A stretch of DNA of 64,000 bases from Guillardia theta CCMP2712 (GCF_000315625.1 NW_005434668.1:4852-68851); one strand, 5' to 3'. Numbered from the stretch's first letter, positions 37,007 through 50,152 are shown. Translations and numbers: made by a program. The notes: generated by a model not told the origin, from the sequence alone.

Positions 37007-37036
37007 GTACTGATTTTTACCTTCACTTTGAGTAAA
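37007..37036 (-). promoter_or_regulatory. Conserved 30-bp dyad motif, copy 2 (upstream of the giant gene)
   Basis: Reverse complement reads TTTACTCAAAGTGAAGGTAAAAATCAGTAC(GAG). Confidence 0.6.
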
Positions 37037-37197
37037 GGTACAGACACAAGGGGCGTCTCTGAATACAGGAGGTCTTTCCATTTTTGCAATCCATCATCTA
37101 CCGGGAGCACACAGCCTGCTGGTCCGTCCGTCCGATATCAATATTTACTGCACTCCCGCCATCACCTCCTCTCGGTCATGACCGCCAGAGCCTGGGC

Positions 37198-38148
37198 TCA
37201 TGGAACGGACGGATCGGGCAGTTCACTGTTGGCCTTCTGACGGAGAGAGCAAATTTCGAGATGCAATCCCAAGTCAGCAGAAGATTCGTCGTACAAGATC
37301 ACACGCTGTGAGAAGACCTTTGCAACCTCTTTGAAGAATCTGATCTCCTTTTCACTTGCACTTGCTGATACATACACAAACACAAACGGGAACGGTGGCA
37401 CGCACGGTATAGGCTCCATGACATGCCCTTCCAAGATCGTAAACGTATTGAGACCAGGCATTTCAAGGTCCTCGGGTGCCTTCATTTGTTTCCATACTGC
37501 CTTCCGCAAATAATTCCAGTTGGACAACAGAGCATCCATGCGTATCATGGACAGCCGCTTCTGCTTTATCAGCATCAAATCTTCCACATCCAAGTCCGCT
37601 GCCTGCAATTGGAGCTCTTTCGAGTTGAGATTTCTATCGTAATAAAGGACGTTGGCCACTCTCGCAAACAGATTCCCGACAAGGAACCTGTGTTTGGAAT
37701 TCATTCTACACATTTCAAACAAGATTGGTGCTCACTTTTGAGTCGAGTAGGATAGCTGACGCTGGTAGTGACTGAGAAGCTCCAGATGGTCTTGTCTCTG
37801 CTGTCTTATCTCCATCTCTAGCTCACTGATCTTCTTGCGTGCCTTCTGTATCTCTATTTCCTTGTGTTCCTCCATCTTCTCCTTGTTCTCCCAGTCCGCG
37901 CCCGACCGTGAGCTCAAGACTCGTGACCCCACGGTGAAAGCGCCTGAGGGGAAGCCTGGAAGCATTCCGAGATGCGGTCGACGCCTCAAGCCCATGCTGG
38001 GAGCTGGCATGACGAAGGAGGGCATCAGGGTTCTTGTTGCGAATCTGTTTGTGAGAGTGCTGGCAGCTGGCATGACAAGCACGGCAAGCAGCATGGTGGT
38101 AGGGCGAGCGGCAAGCAGCATGGTGGTAGGGCGAGCGGCAAGCAGCAT
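37198..38148 (-). CDS. Hypothetical protein with a bipartite-like presequence and a short coiled coil; two exons
   Basis: ORFs 37732-38148 and 37198-37722 are joined by a short intron. Hydrophobic N-terminus containing a 27-bp tandem repeat (MLLAARPTT), then an S/R-rich transit-like segment and an E/K/Q-rich coil. Confidence 0.65.
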
Positions 38149-38310
38149 TGTAGTCGGGCCCCGCGGCGGATGGAGGTGGTAGGAACTTGTGGCGATCTCA
38201 AGGGGGGTGACTAGGTAGGGGTAGTCGACAGTGGAAGGACCCGGTGATCATGCAGGTAGTGATTCCCGGCGGAACAGACTCGGGTGACTTCAGGACACTT
38301 GACAGGGCTC

Positions 38311-38340
38311 GTACTGATCTTTAACTTAACTTTGAGTAAA
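38311..38340 (-). promoter_or_regulatory. Conserved 30-bp dyad motif, copy 3
   Basis: Reverse complement reads TTTACTCAAAGTTAAGTTAAAGATCAGTAC(GAG). Confidence 0.6.
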
Positions 38341-38677
38341 GACAGGGCTCAGTCCTCAGTCAAGTCCGGCCCGGCCCGGCCGAGACAAATTTGGCTTCAG
38401 TAGCAGCCAGACGCAGAGCCTTTCAGTGAATATCGTCATCGACCTCCGCCTGTCAATCATGCGGCTCGTGTCTGAGCTTCCCTGTTCAATGTTTCAGCCT
38501 GACAGCTGAAGTTGATGCGGCGTCCTCACAACTGAGACCAGCATGAAGAAAGCAAAGGTGAGAAGCAAGCAACTCAAGGTCAAAACTTCTCCCTCCAGTC
38601 AGTAATGGGTTCAAGTTCCACGTATCCTCTACGGTTTCACTGAAAAATACGAGGAAAGGAATGGAAAAAATAAGACT

Positions 38678-38810
38678 TGGAGCTCGGCAGGCAGCAAGGG
38701 AAATGGACCCTGGAGCTCGGCAGGCAGCAAGGGAAATGGACCCTGGAGCTCGGCAGGCAGCAAGGGAAATGGACCCTGGAGCTCGGCAGGCAGCAAGGGA
38801 AATGGACCCT
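38678..38810 (+). repeat. 33-bp minisatellite, four perfect copies
   Basis: tggagctcggcaggcagcaagggaaatggaccc x4, just downstream of the Tim17-family stop codon. Confidence 0.95.
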
Positions 38811-38822
38811 GCGTTCCTCTGG

Positions 38823-39490
38823 TCATCTCGGTCTTGCGAGATCGAGAGAGCCCGTCAACGCTGCAGCTCCGTCAGCCTCTTCCCTCCTCCCCTGCCCTTA
38901 TCCCCCTCCCATCTTGTTCCTCCTTCCTCGCTCTCCTCCTCTCTCTCCCCCTCCCCCTGTTTCCCTCCTCCCATCTTGCTCTTCCTCGCTCACACCTCCC
39001 TCCTCCCTCTTCCCTCCTGCCTCCTCCCTCCAACCTGCTGTAAATCCAGCTGCAAACAAGGCCCACCGAGGCTCCCCAGTTCTCACAGCCAAGGGCAGGC
39101 CCATGACCTGGAACGACAGTGAGGTGATCTCACGCTATGGCGACCTACCCCTCCCGTGACGAGCCCTGCTGCTGCTGCGTTCTTCCAGTCGCTCCTCTTG
39201 CGGGAATTCTCCATAGAGCAATGCGCAATCTGATAGCTTCAAACTTCATCAGCATATTCGCCGACCGAGCGCACCTCTTACATTCCCAGAAATGCAGCAA
39301 ATCCGACGGTGTTGGCCGCTAAGTTTCTTGCAACATGCATCCCCAACAATCTACCGCGCAGCTGGTCTTGCCAACCATAGTATGTTCCCTGAAATAGCCC
39401 CCACATAAGTCCAATCATCCCGCCCCTAACAGCCCCGTCGACGCCGTAAGCTGTGCACATGGCAGTGATTCTCTTCTTCGGTTGCTCCAT
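38823..39490 (-). CDS. Tim17/Tim22/Tim23 (PRAT) family membrane protein, about 135 aa, four exons
   Basis: Spliced: ...GAVRGGMIGLMWGLFQG...NTVGFAAFLGIYQIAHCSMENSRKRSDWKNAAAAGLVTGGVMGL...FAAGFTAALTGSLDLARPR*. GxxxG helices and the R-x-x-D-W-x-N-A signature. Confidence 0.85.
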
Positions 39491-39893
39491 GCCTCTTGCA
39501 GAAATGAGTTTGAGACGGCGAGTTTGAGCGCTGATGGCTGACAGCCGGGTATCGAGGAATCCTTGCTGTATCACCTTTCGTTGAAACGCTGAGAGAGCAC
39601 GGGAGGGTATTCACTGTTAAGAAGATCCTGACAAGATCCACTCTCAGGCTCCTTTCAGCGCCTCCTCTCAAGCCTCTATCCTCCTCTCACCTTCTTCAGC
39701 CTCTCCCGCCTCGTCACCGTCGTCCACCGCATGGCCGCAACGTGACCCCCTCTTCCCCGCTCATCCCCTTTGCTCTCTCTCCTCGATGGCGGGAGGCGCT
39801 GCGGAGTACCGGCGCCGTATGGAGGAGGGCGGCAGAGGGAGGAGGGCGAGAGGATGCAGAGACATGGGAGGAGGAGTAGAGAGGGCAGGGGCC

Positions 39894-41191
39894 ATGTGGC
39901 GACAGCGGGGAGCAGCATGGCTCCATGGCCTGTCCTTGCTCGCTTGCTTGCAGCTCGCGTCCACAGACAACCTGAGACTCAACGGATATGCCGCGACCCT
40001 GACGAGAGGAAGAAGGAACTTGTTCGAGCCCATGCTTCGGTTGACTGGAGGATCGGATGAGACCATGAAAGTGAAGGTCAAGAGCATCGCTGGGGATAAC
40101 TTCGAAGTTGAGATCGGAGGGAGTTCTACTGTGTTTGATCTCAAGAAGGCAATCAGTGAAGTGAAGCGGTACGACGTGACAGACGAAATGCTGAGGGACT
40201 CATCGAAAGGGATGAAGATCATCCTGCAGGGTAAGATCCTTGATGATTCTCAGACGATCAGCTCGCTGGGTCCCAAGATCTCTTTCTTCGTCATGATGCC
40301 CCCCGAAGGAGTCACCTTGAAGAAGGTTGAGGTCAGCAAGCCACAGGACCAGCCTGCAGTCACCTCGGGACTACAGAACAACACCATTCTGATGGGCGAG
40401 GACCTTGAGGCGAGTGTGCGGGAGATCTGTGGTATGGGCTTCGCGGAGTCCGAGGTCAGGCGCGCACTGCGGTTAGCGTTCAACAATCCCGATAGAGCCG
40501 TCGAGATTCTCTACAATGGAGCGAGTGACGATGCGCAGCAGATGCAGAATGAACAGCCTGCGGAGCAGCAACAGCAACAGCAAGGAGCGTCTCCCGAGGC
40601 ACCTTCTCATGGCTCGATGCCTTTGCGCTTCAACATGGATGCTCTTGCCGTCAACGCTAGTGAGGCAGGAGCAGGAGGGAATCAGCTCGAGATGCTAAGG
40701 AGAGATCCTCAGTTTGCTTTCGTCAGGCACTGTGTGCAGAGTCAGCCAAGTCTGCTCCCGGAGCTCCTGCTGCAGATAGGTCGAGTGAACCCGTCGTTGC
40801 TGGCTACCATCAACCAGAACCAGGCCGAGTTCGTACGGATCGTGAACGAGCCTGTCTCTCCGGAAGAGCTGCAACGATCGATACAGTTCCTAGAGCAGCA
40901 GAGGCAGGGAATGCAGGGGATGCAGGGGATGCAGAACCCTCAAGAGCCATCACAGCACACCATTCAACTCACTAGGGAAGAACTTGACCAGGTCGAGCGA
41001 CTAGAGCAGCTGGTGGTTCCAATGGGCCTCGACCGTCAGGCAGTGCTGGAGGCTTGGCTGGCATGTGATAAGGACGAACAATTAGCTGCAAACTACTTGT
41101 TGAACAACTTGGAAGACATTCTAGCTTCCAGAGGAGGTTTTTGTTCTTGTTCCTCTTCTCCTTTGATTTGCTTGTAGATTATCGCGATTGA
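39894..41191 (+). CDS. RAD23: RAD23-family ubiquitin shuttle (UBL-UBA-STI1/XPC-binding-UBA) with an N-terminal presequence
   Basis: MKVKVKSIAG...IILQGKILDD (UBL), ICGMGF..VRRALRLAFNNPDRAVEIL (UBA1), LRRDPQF..QSQPSLLPELL (STI1), AWLACDKDEQLAANYL (UBA2). One intron near the 3' end. Confidence 0.92.
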
Positions 41192-41623
41192 CGAACTCTC
41201 CTCCAAGGGTTTCACCTCATTCTGCGGAGCCTCGCGTGAGATGCGGGGATCAGAAGACTGCAGACCAGCCCAGGACCTGTGCATGAGAGATTTACAGCAG
41301 TGGGGTGTAGCGGGTCACGGCATCCACTAGGTTGAAAGGAAAATCCTCGCATCTCTGCTGTTGTTGTAGATAAAGTAGAGGAGGCTTGCTCATATAAGAC
41401 AGTAAAGTAAGTGCACATAGAGGTTGGTAGATTTCACAGTTGGTGAGAGTGAAGCACCCAATCTCGCTTGCTGCATTCAGAGAGGTCAGTCATACAGGAT
41501 GCAAGTAGAAGTATCTACAGAGTTGCAAGGTTTATACACTGCACATGTCAACCAGAGTCTGCATTACAACCACCTCCAGTCAAGAGATTGGTTTCCCCAC
41601 TGTAATTGTCGCTTCCTAGAGCT

Positions 41624-44600
41624 TCAGAACTTGAAGATCACCGTCGGAGTTTCCACATCCTCCATATCCTGAGGGAATATAAGAACTTCAGAAATGTCTC
41701 TATCTACACTCACATCGTTCTGCAAACTGCAGGCGGGTAAGATGTAAGTGCCCGTGAAGTCTGGGTTGTATCGCTTGTACACCTCGCTCATCCTGCAAAC
41801 AACAAATCATTCTTCAAGAAAGCGATGCAAACCCTCAATTACTTGCAAGGCAAATTCTTCTTCGTTCCTTGCATGAACTGGTTGTAAAATGCGATGGCAG
41901 CATCTCCAATCTGAACTCCGATAGCTGTGCATGTCACTCCATACTCGTTTTTCCAGAAATCAACAAATTCTTGAACAGTCAAGTCTCCCTTGTCAATCAC
42001 AATCTTGTCCCAGACAGTGAAACCGTCCGCCGGAATAGTCTTCAAGTCTTCCTCCTCAACGTACTCGGGGTGATTCACGGGGTCTGGAACCTTCTTGATC
42101 GTTCTCGGCACTGTCTTGGGAGCTGATTCTGGATCTATTTGCATGAACATGGGGAGCGCAAGGTTTGCCTGAAGGTCTTTGAAGACCGCCTTGTCGGGGT
42201 TTTGGAAATACTTGATCATCTCTATACAGACAAATCCAGTCACCATTGAGGTTGTGGTGGCCAAGGCAGGAATGATACGACCAGCTATCAATCTTGCTTG
42301 TAGCTTGTCGACCTCTTCGATACTGTAGTTTCTTGCTCGAAGGTTCGCAAACGCAGAAATGAAGTCCATGTGGAAGTTTGTGTCGTCGTCCTTTTCGAAT
42401 TCCATTGGAGACACCTTCAGATTGGGATGAGACTTGAGATCTGGCAGCTTTGCCAGCTTGTTCTTGACCTGCTGAAGGGCATCGGTGTTCGAGTTTGAGT
42501 CTCGATCATCGGCTGAACGTTCTCCCGTTTCAATCTTCACTCCGTCCTTGGGCTGGAACTCTGGGACGACAACAGACGCAAGGATCGGCTTGAAGAAGGA
42601 GGGATCCCGCGTTTCCTTGTAGTCAGATACGTTGTACAATCTGGCCTTCAGATTCGATGCTGCGATGATGAAGTTCATGTGCATGGCATCGTCAGCGTTG
42701 AATTCGAGCATAGTTGGAAATCTCTTAGGAGGCGACCAGAACGGTGCTCCACTCGAGTTGACCATATCCTTTGGACAAGAAAAGATGAGTTGCTTGATCT
42801 TATTCGTGAAGTATTCTTCAAACTTCAAACGAGACCAGACCACACAATCCTCAAACGATTTGACCATTCCGTCGCAGAGAAGCTCAATAATTCCATCCAG
42901 GATTTCATTAGCTTCCTTTGCCTTGCTCTGCGCATCTGGCAACTCAGAGCCATCTGCACCCCAAATCTTGCTGGACATCTCATTCTTGTAGTTCGGATCC
43001 ATGATGTACTTGGCAGCCTCGCTTGCCTTTGTGTCAAAGATTCCGATGAATTCCGAACGGCCAAGAGAAAGGCAGTGATTGATGTTGTGAGGAAAGTTGT
43101 GGAGCGCACATTCGGGCGCCTCTTTAGTTTCAGGATCCTTTCGCCCACCATAGTTGATCGTCTTGTGAGGAATCACACATTGCGTATTGCATTTAGTGCC
43201 CATCGTCCCAGATTCAAAAAGAGGCTTCTCAAAGAAAACACAGCGAGCGTCGACATACTGCCTAGCCTTCACGTTGTCAAGTGCATTCACCACACAGTCC
43301 AGTCCTGACCAGAATTTGTCATGGTAAACATCTTCGGTGTTTGGTGACACTCGGTCTTGATTTGCGTCAACCCTAATATTCCCATTCATCTCTTTGATCG
43401 CTGTAGTTGCAGCGATAGATTTGCTCTGCCCCACGTTGTAATTTCTGAACAAGAATTGACGGCTCAGATTCGACTTCTCGATGACATCATCATCCGTGAC
43501 AGTCACCTTACCATTCGGTCCACATGCAACACCCATCATGGCAAAGTTCTTGAAGAGCTCACAACCCAGCGCGCCACAACCCACCATGAACAAGTTCAAA
43601 GCACCCAACTTGCCCTGGAAGGATCTTCCAAACACGGTTATTTGCGCATCATATCTCGACCCTGTAGGTTGCACCTCTTCAGGGAGCATGCTGTCATAAT
43701 CTGGAAGCATCTCTATAGAGTCCAAGTACACATACTGGTAAACCGGATGATGCTTGTTCGACACAGCCTTGGCCACCTCTTGCCCCACGATTCCTCCAAA
43801 AATAGAGGCCATAGGAGAGAGAATAGCACGCGCTGTACGAGAAATCTTGCGGACTATGCTCTCGTCGATTTCGACATCAAAGCCATTCTTCGCTTTGCAA
43901 TCCTTTGCAATCTGAACCAGCGCATCTGCAGCTGCTGCATCCTGAGTAGCTGGAAGGTCTCCCTTCTGCCTCTGATACTCGTCCAAGGCATTGAAGACCA
44001 GGTGCAAAAGCTCTGGGCGACCAAACTTGTCGAAGTCAAAAACTCCATTGAACTGGTTGGGATCGCGACTGAAATCTGGATTTTTGATGTTTTCCTCCAG
44101 AGATTTGAACTCAAGCTTCTTGGGCAGTTTCGCTTCGATGACAGTGCCATACCTATTCAGACTTTTTCGTTCATACTTGCCAAAAGACGTGGTATCGAGA
44201 TCAACTTTGAAGTTGTACATGGCGGTGTCAACCACTTTGACTGGACCTGGTAAATTGTTTAACTCTGTCATCCCTTCCACGTCTTTGAAGGTTACCCATT
44301 CCCCAATACCAAACTCTACTTGTTCATCATTTGGGACTGTGATCACTGCCTGCTTGTCATTGCTGACATGATAAATGATTCCTGAGTGAGGATTTTCGCC
44401 ATTGACATCATTGACAACGAATTCAGGGCCAAAGTCTGCAAATATTTGTCCACATGCACCGCGGACATCCACTCTGATGAACTTAATCGGAGGAGTTTGA
44501 GATCGGCAAAAGTTGTTGATGCTGATTATGCCAGTCAAAGGGGAAACCAAGACAATCACCAAAGTAGAGCGATAGTCACCTGATGCATTCATCCAACGTC

Positions 44601-45241
44601 TTGTCCACAAGGACAACAACAGTGTGACCTGGCAGAGTTATGCATCACAGAGGTGGATTCATTCATCCATCCATGAACCACCTTTGATCATCTCGGTGTT
44701 CAATGGAGCAGTTTGCACATTCACAACGACCTAGAAAAATTATCAATCCCAACAAGTTGAACAAAAAAACGGCACCGCTGTGTTGAGCTCCTGAAGCTTT
44801 GGAAGCGAAGCTGCAGCCCTATTCTTTCCTGCACAGTATCCAGTCACATGCGGAAGCACTTTCCAACATCATCATCAGTCAGTACCAATATCCTTCTCGG
44901 ACAAGTAGAACTGAGAGGATAGGTCCCAGAGAGTGATGTCTTTGGAATCGTGGAGTGTCAACACTTTCACTCCGCCCAAAAGAACATTCTTGGCGACTTC
45001 ACATCCCAGACCATTGAGGCCAGAGATGAAAACCTGGCACACTTATGAGGACAGTCAGAAACTAAGTTCCAAGACGAACCGTTGAAGATGCTACGGCCCT
45101 TACGACATCTTCACCCAAGGCCGCAATCGTGCGAGAGTACAAGTCCTTGTCGACCTCCTGTTGCGAGACATCAGCGAGAAACAAACAGCGGAAGGCAAAG
45201 GAATTCATCACCTGCCCTTCCACATTCATTGGATCCGGCAT
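41624..45241 (-). CDS. UBA1: Ubiquitin-activating enzyme E1 (UBA1-like)
   Basis: [69 protein letters not shown], catalytic [36 protein letters not shown]. Confidence 0.95.
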
Positions 45242-46232
45242 CTGCATTCATGATAAAATGTTATCACATGATTAAAAACGACGAAAAGAATCATTGCAGT
45301 TTGAAATTGCGATCCACACTGTTTGAATGGGAGCAAACAAAGAGGAAGAGGGCTTTATGACATGATTCAAACAAGTATCTCAACCATGTAAGTCTGGGTA
45401 ATATGGAGCCTACGATGAGCAGAGCAAAGCACGAAAAGCAGACATCGAGCAAGATATATCAGAGGAAACAAGGATAACATTGCTTTGTAAGTGCGGCCGG
45501 TGATTTGATACAGGTCTCATGCAAGATCAACAACGTTCATGGATGGAGGAAAGAGGCAGGAGAAGGGGGGGGGAAGAGCGAGTCAGTCTGGAGCTGGAGC
45601 AGCTGTTGGCCATGGCAGGTGCAATTTCAATCTGCAGCTAAAGTGCATAGCGCGGGAAGCTGGCAAAATGGAGACAGGGTGGGTTGATGGTGTAGCAGTG
45701 GGGTGGTAAACCAGAGAAGTGTGGGGGTAGTCTGGGATACAATCAGGATTGTTGGGGGTGCATCAAATCGATGTATGACCGGTCAAGTCCAAATCAGGGG
45801 TACTTGCGGTAAACTATAGGGGTGTTATCTGATCTTTCAACGGCCCATACGGGTAGCACAGACTAGTGGGGATTATGGGGGTAAGGGTGGTGTACGTCAC
45901 CTCCGAACTTTTCAATGTTTCTGAGAACTTTATGCGCAACAGATTGAAAGGTTCGGGTTTTATCTGATCCTACCTTCCTTCGAAGGTTCCTTCTATTTGA
46001 TCAAAGGTTCTCATTTTAGTACTGTTGAAATTGACTAAAGTTTCATTTTCATCCTAAAGTTCCCAGACGATCTGAAAGATTTGACCAGTTTGACCTTCAA
46101 GCACCGCTTGTCCAACCACCCCCACCAAACACGGAATTTCATCACCGGTGAAATATCCTCAAATTTCAAGATTTCAATATAGGTAGGGTATACTACCCTA
46201 CCTAGGAACGTCCCTACGGGAGAGGGGACAGA

Positions 46233-49200
46233 ATGGAGGGCTTCAATGGCTGGCGCGAGCTAGGTAGCGGAGGGCAGGGGAGGACGATGACAGCGACGGA
46301 GATACTGACAGGGTATGTGAGAGTCATCAAAAGAGTCCCCTGCCCATCCATCCGAGCCGGCAACGATGCGCTGCAGGAAGCAAAGTTCCTTCAGTCCCTC
46401 GACCACCCCCACGTGGTCAAGTACGTGGACGTGTTCTTGCATCAGGAGGGGCAGGAGCTGGAGGTCTGTACAGTAATGGAGTTCTGCGAAGGAGGAGATC
46501 TTGCTCGTAGACTGCAGGACGTCAAGAGTCGCGGTGATTCTTTCACAGAAGAGCAATGTCGCGCCTGGATCTCTCAAGTAGCGATGGGCTTGGAGTATCT
46601 ACACATGGAGAGGATTATTCACAGGGACATCAAACTCCAGAACATCTTGATCACCAAGGAAGAGATACTGAAAATCGCTGACTTTGGCCTTGCGGGAAAG
46701 ATCGACCATGGAATGAGGACCTCCAGGGTGGGCACTCCAGCATACCTTGCTCCAGAGATGTTGCAGCGAGAGGGAACAGGGGAACCGGTCGACATATGGG
46801 GTCTGGGCTGCATCGCGCTTGAGTTGGTGACTCTGTCCTTTCTCACTGACAGAAAAGGCATGCTCGGGGTGGAGGTGCTATCGACCCCGCTGGATGCTGG
46901 AAGACTGCCTCATCGATTCTCCCCCTCCCTCCGCCGCTGCATTGTCTCAATGCTTTGTTTCGATCCTGCTCAGCGACCAACAGCTACCGAGGTCCTTGAA
47001 ATTTGTCAGGTACTAGCCCACTTGCACAGTGCGCTCTGTGCCTTGAGACCTTGGTATGCTGACACTCGCTATGTTTGTCCTCCCAGACTTCCACTCCTCT
47101 TGAGCCCCTCTCAGGTGCCTACAAGGCCAGGCGAGAGCGAGCGATCGCGAAAGTGAGTCGACCTAGACGGTGTTGTCACCGACTCTGACTGTTGGCAGGC
47201 TCGCACTGGAGCTGCGCCCACAGCTGGCAGGGCTGAGATGCCGTCAGAAAGCTCGCATGACGACAGTCAGTCGGAATCCAAAGGCAGCCAGGACGACTGG
47301 TCAGCCTCGATCTTAGGTGAGGATGAGTACGTCTTAGATCACCGTGTTCGAGGCTCAGACTTCCATCAGGACTCGCAGACTCTCTACTGAACAAGGGCCT
47401 GGCCGGACTGATCAACTCCCAATCCTTCAGCGACTCGCACAAGGTGCTGACGCCTTACGGGCTCCGGAGGCGACTCGGGCATGATGCATGCTACAGGGAG
47501 ATGGAGAATCGACCTCGAGATCCAGCAGTCAGACAGATAGAAGAGACGGGGAGAGTTCGGACAGTCAGAGCAACCACCAACGAGCTCGAAGGGATTCCAA
47601 CTCAAACCAGGCTGATCTCGGGCTCGCGCGTGGGAAGTGCGGGGAGTGCGGGCAGACTGTTTGGACTTCACAAAATCGCATGAAGGGCAGGTGAGTGTCA
47701 AATACTCTTGCTCTCACCTGCAAGTGAAGTCGGTTTGAACAAAGTGACGGCACCTACTACCATGAGACTTGCGTCCTCCGAAGGCAGGAGCAAGCTGAAG
47801 CGGCCAAGAGGTGTGTTCTCCTTCACCGACCAGATCCTTACCAAGAGCGTTCAGAGAGCGAGATAGGCCAGATGTGGAAGCACCGTCACCTGACAAGCGA
47901 GCTTGCGACATTGATGATGAGCTGGATCCCGCGATCGTGTGTACCAACACATGCTAGTGGCTGGAAGGTGACTCAAGTGCAGGAGGAGCTCGAGGCGAGG
48001 CATGGAAGAGTCCGCAAGAAAGATGAGAACGGGACTTTTGTGGACGTCAGTTTGCCAGCTCAGCAAAGACCAGCAAGCAGCCTTGAATCTCAGCCCTCCG
48101 CTCCTCCTCTCAATGCAGGTGAAAGCATGGGATGTCCTTGCCGACCCGTTTGATCACACCCTCCTGCCCCGTCAGAAGCAGAAATCCCCTGGGCTCAACC
48201 TCCCGACCCAACAGCTCCTTCCTGGCGTGAGGTGCGCGGAGAAACGGGGGGAGGGAGGCGTGCGAGGGATGACTTGAAGGGATGCAGGACTTTGCGGGAA
48301 TGAATGCGATGATACCCGAGGCATCTGCTGAGATTGAAAGAGCTCAGAGAGGAACCGTTGACCGCACGAAGATCGCAGGTGACACTCGATGTTGTCATGA
48401 CGGAGTTTGACGCCTCATTGGCCAGTCAACGCGTCGCCCAACGGAGTTCACCGACGAGTAGCAAACATCCCCCTCCGAAGGAGCAACAGCAGCGACTCCA
48501 GCGGAAGCTCCGGCCCTCCTTCCCCCAACAATCATGGTGTGGAGTACAGCCTACCGGTACAGCTCTCGGCTCTCGTTGGCACGGCAGTCAACGAGAAGTG
48601 GATCGTTTGCTCCGCATCTCCAGTCAACATACGGACTGAGCCGAGTCTCAAGAGTCAGGTCGTCGGGCAGAAGTACCACGGGGACATGGTCCAGGCTCGC
48701 AAGCGCATCGAGGGGAACGGGGGATGGATCCAGCTGGTGGAGCAAGTGGAGAGGAAGGATGTGTGGATGAGGATCGCGGATGGCCGACGAGTCCTGCTGT
48801 CTCGCGTTCACGGTGAGCTGCAGGCTGAGGGCAAGAGGGGACGATGACAGTGACAGGATTTCCCAGCGGTCCCGGGTGATGAAGCAGCCCCTTCTTCCTT
48901 CAATGCGCGAGGGAGATGGTGGCTGGTCGTGTCTCAAGGGTGTAACGTCCGTGACGAGGTCTAGAGCTCCCGCCGCCTCCCCTCCTCTCTCATGCTCCTG
49001 CAGGCGAACCTCAAGAGCGCTACGATCTCAACTCGCTCCTATGGCGACGTGCTCGAGGCAACAGAGTGCAAGAGCGAGGGAGGTGGATGGGTTCGTATCT
49101 CCCTGCCCGGTATCACGCGCTCCTCCGGCTGGGTGCGGGCCTCGGATAGTGGAAAAGCGATCCTGCGATGCATGGACGGGCAATGGAAAAGCGTGAACGA

Positions 49201-50152
49201 GAAGTATGCGGTGGTGGCGAAGACGGTCGAGGTGAGGACTGGGCCAGGCTTCGCCTCGCAAGGGTGAGAAGGAGGAGCTGGAGGGAGGAGGGGCCCTGAC
49301 GGAGACGCAGGGTGGGGAAGAAGCTTGCGGGTGAGATTGTAGACGTGAACGCGATCTATCAGGTACCTCCAATCAGCATCGACAACTCGCTGACGAGCAG
49401 CAGTACGAAGGACATCCCTGGATGCGATTGAAGGAGGCGACACAGACTCCCCAGGGCCCGTCGTATGGGTAACATGCAACATTCCGTCTCCACTCCCTTG
49501 CTTGACACGGTCTGTGTTAGCTGGGTCCCAGCTGGGAATGGAGGGGAAGTCTCTCTGCGAAAGTTTGTGTTACAGGCTCTGGACGAAATGTGGCAGGTGA
49601 GAAACTTGACGATGACCTCCGGATCTCCCTCACCCTTCTTGCAGGTGGTCGACCAGGAGCCTGTCAAAGTACGACTTCTTCTCGCCCCCTCCCCTCTCCC
49701 TCCCTCCCCTCCCTCCCTTCCCCTCTCTCTCCTCCCTTCCTCACAGTTCTTTCCGCCTTCCCTCACGCTTGCTTCTGCTGGTAGGTTCGTACTGGACCCT
49801 CCGTGAATGCGACCAAGCTCGACACCAAGAGCAGCATGACGGTCGTGCGCGTGGTCGGCCAAGTTGACTTCGACGGGGGGTGCGAACCTTTCGTGTGGCT
49901 CAGCAGCACTGCCGTATAATAGCAACAACAGGTGGCTCAAGGTCAGAGGTGCGGGTGCATGGCAGGAAGGTGAGCGAGGGGGAGGAGGAGGAGGAGGAGG
50001 AGAAGGTGGTGGTGGTGGTGGTAGGGTCGTGGTGGAGAATGAGGAAGCTTGAAGAAAGATACGACACTAACCAGCAACCAGGATGGATGCGGCGAACTAA
50101 TGGGAGGAGCCGTCAGTTTTTGCGAAAGGTGGAGACAGGTGAAGGAGGTTGA
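46233..50152 (+). CDS. NEK/NIMA-like Ser/Thr kinase with multiple C-terminal SH3b-like domains, multi-exon
   Basis: LGSGGQG, VIK, QEAK, HRDIKLQN, DFG, GTPAYLAPE, DIWGLG. Later exons: VNIRTEPSLKSQVVG...GGWIQL, ANLKSATIST...GGWVRI...GWV, VEVRTGPG, VRTGPSVNATKL...GGWLK...GWM. The linkage of the middle exons is tentative. Confidence 0.75.

Noticed and set aside
38678-38810. 33-bp direct repeats as a possible CRISPR array or coding repeat
   Set aside because: Copies are contiguous with no spacers and no cas genes are present. The plus-strand ORFs covering them overlap the Tim17-family gene antisense and lack a convincing start.
45900-46070. Heat-shock elements upstream of UBA1 (repeated GAACTT/AAGGTTC)
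   Set aside because: Only one two-unit GAAnnTTC was found; no three-unit HSE.
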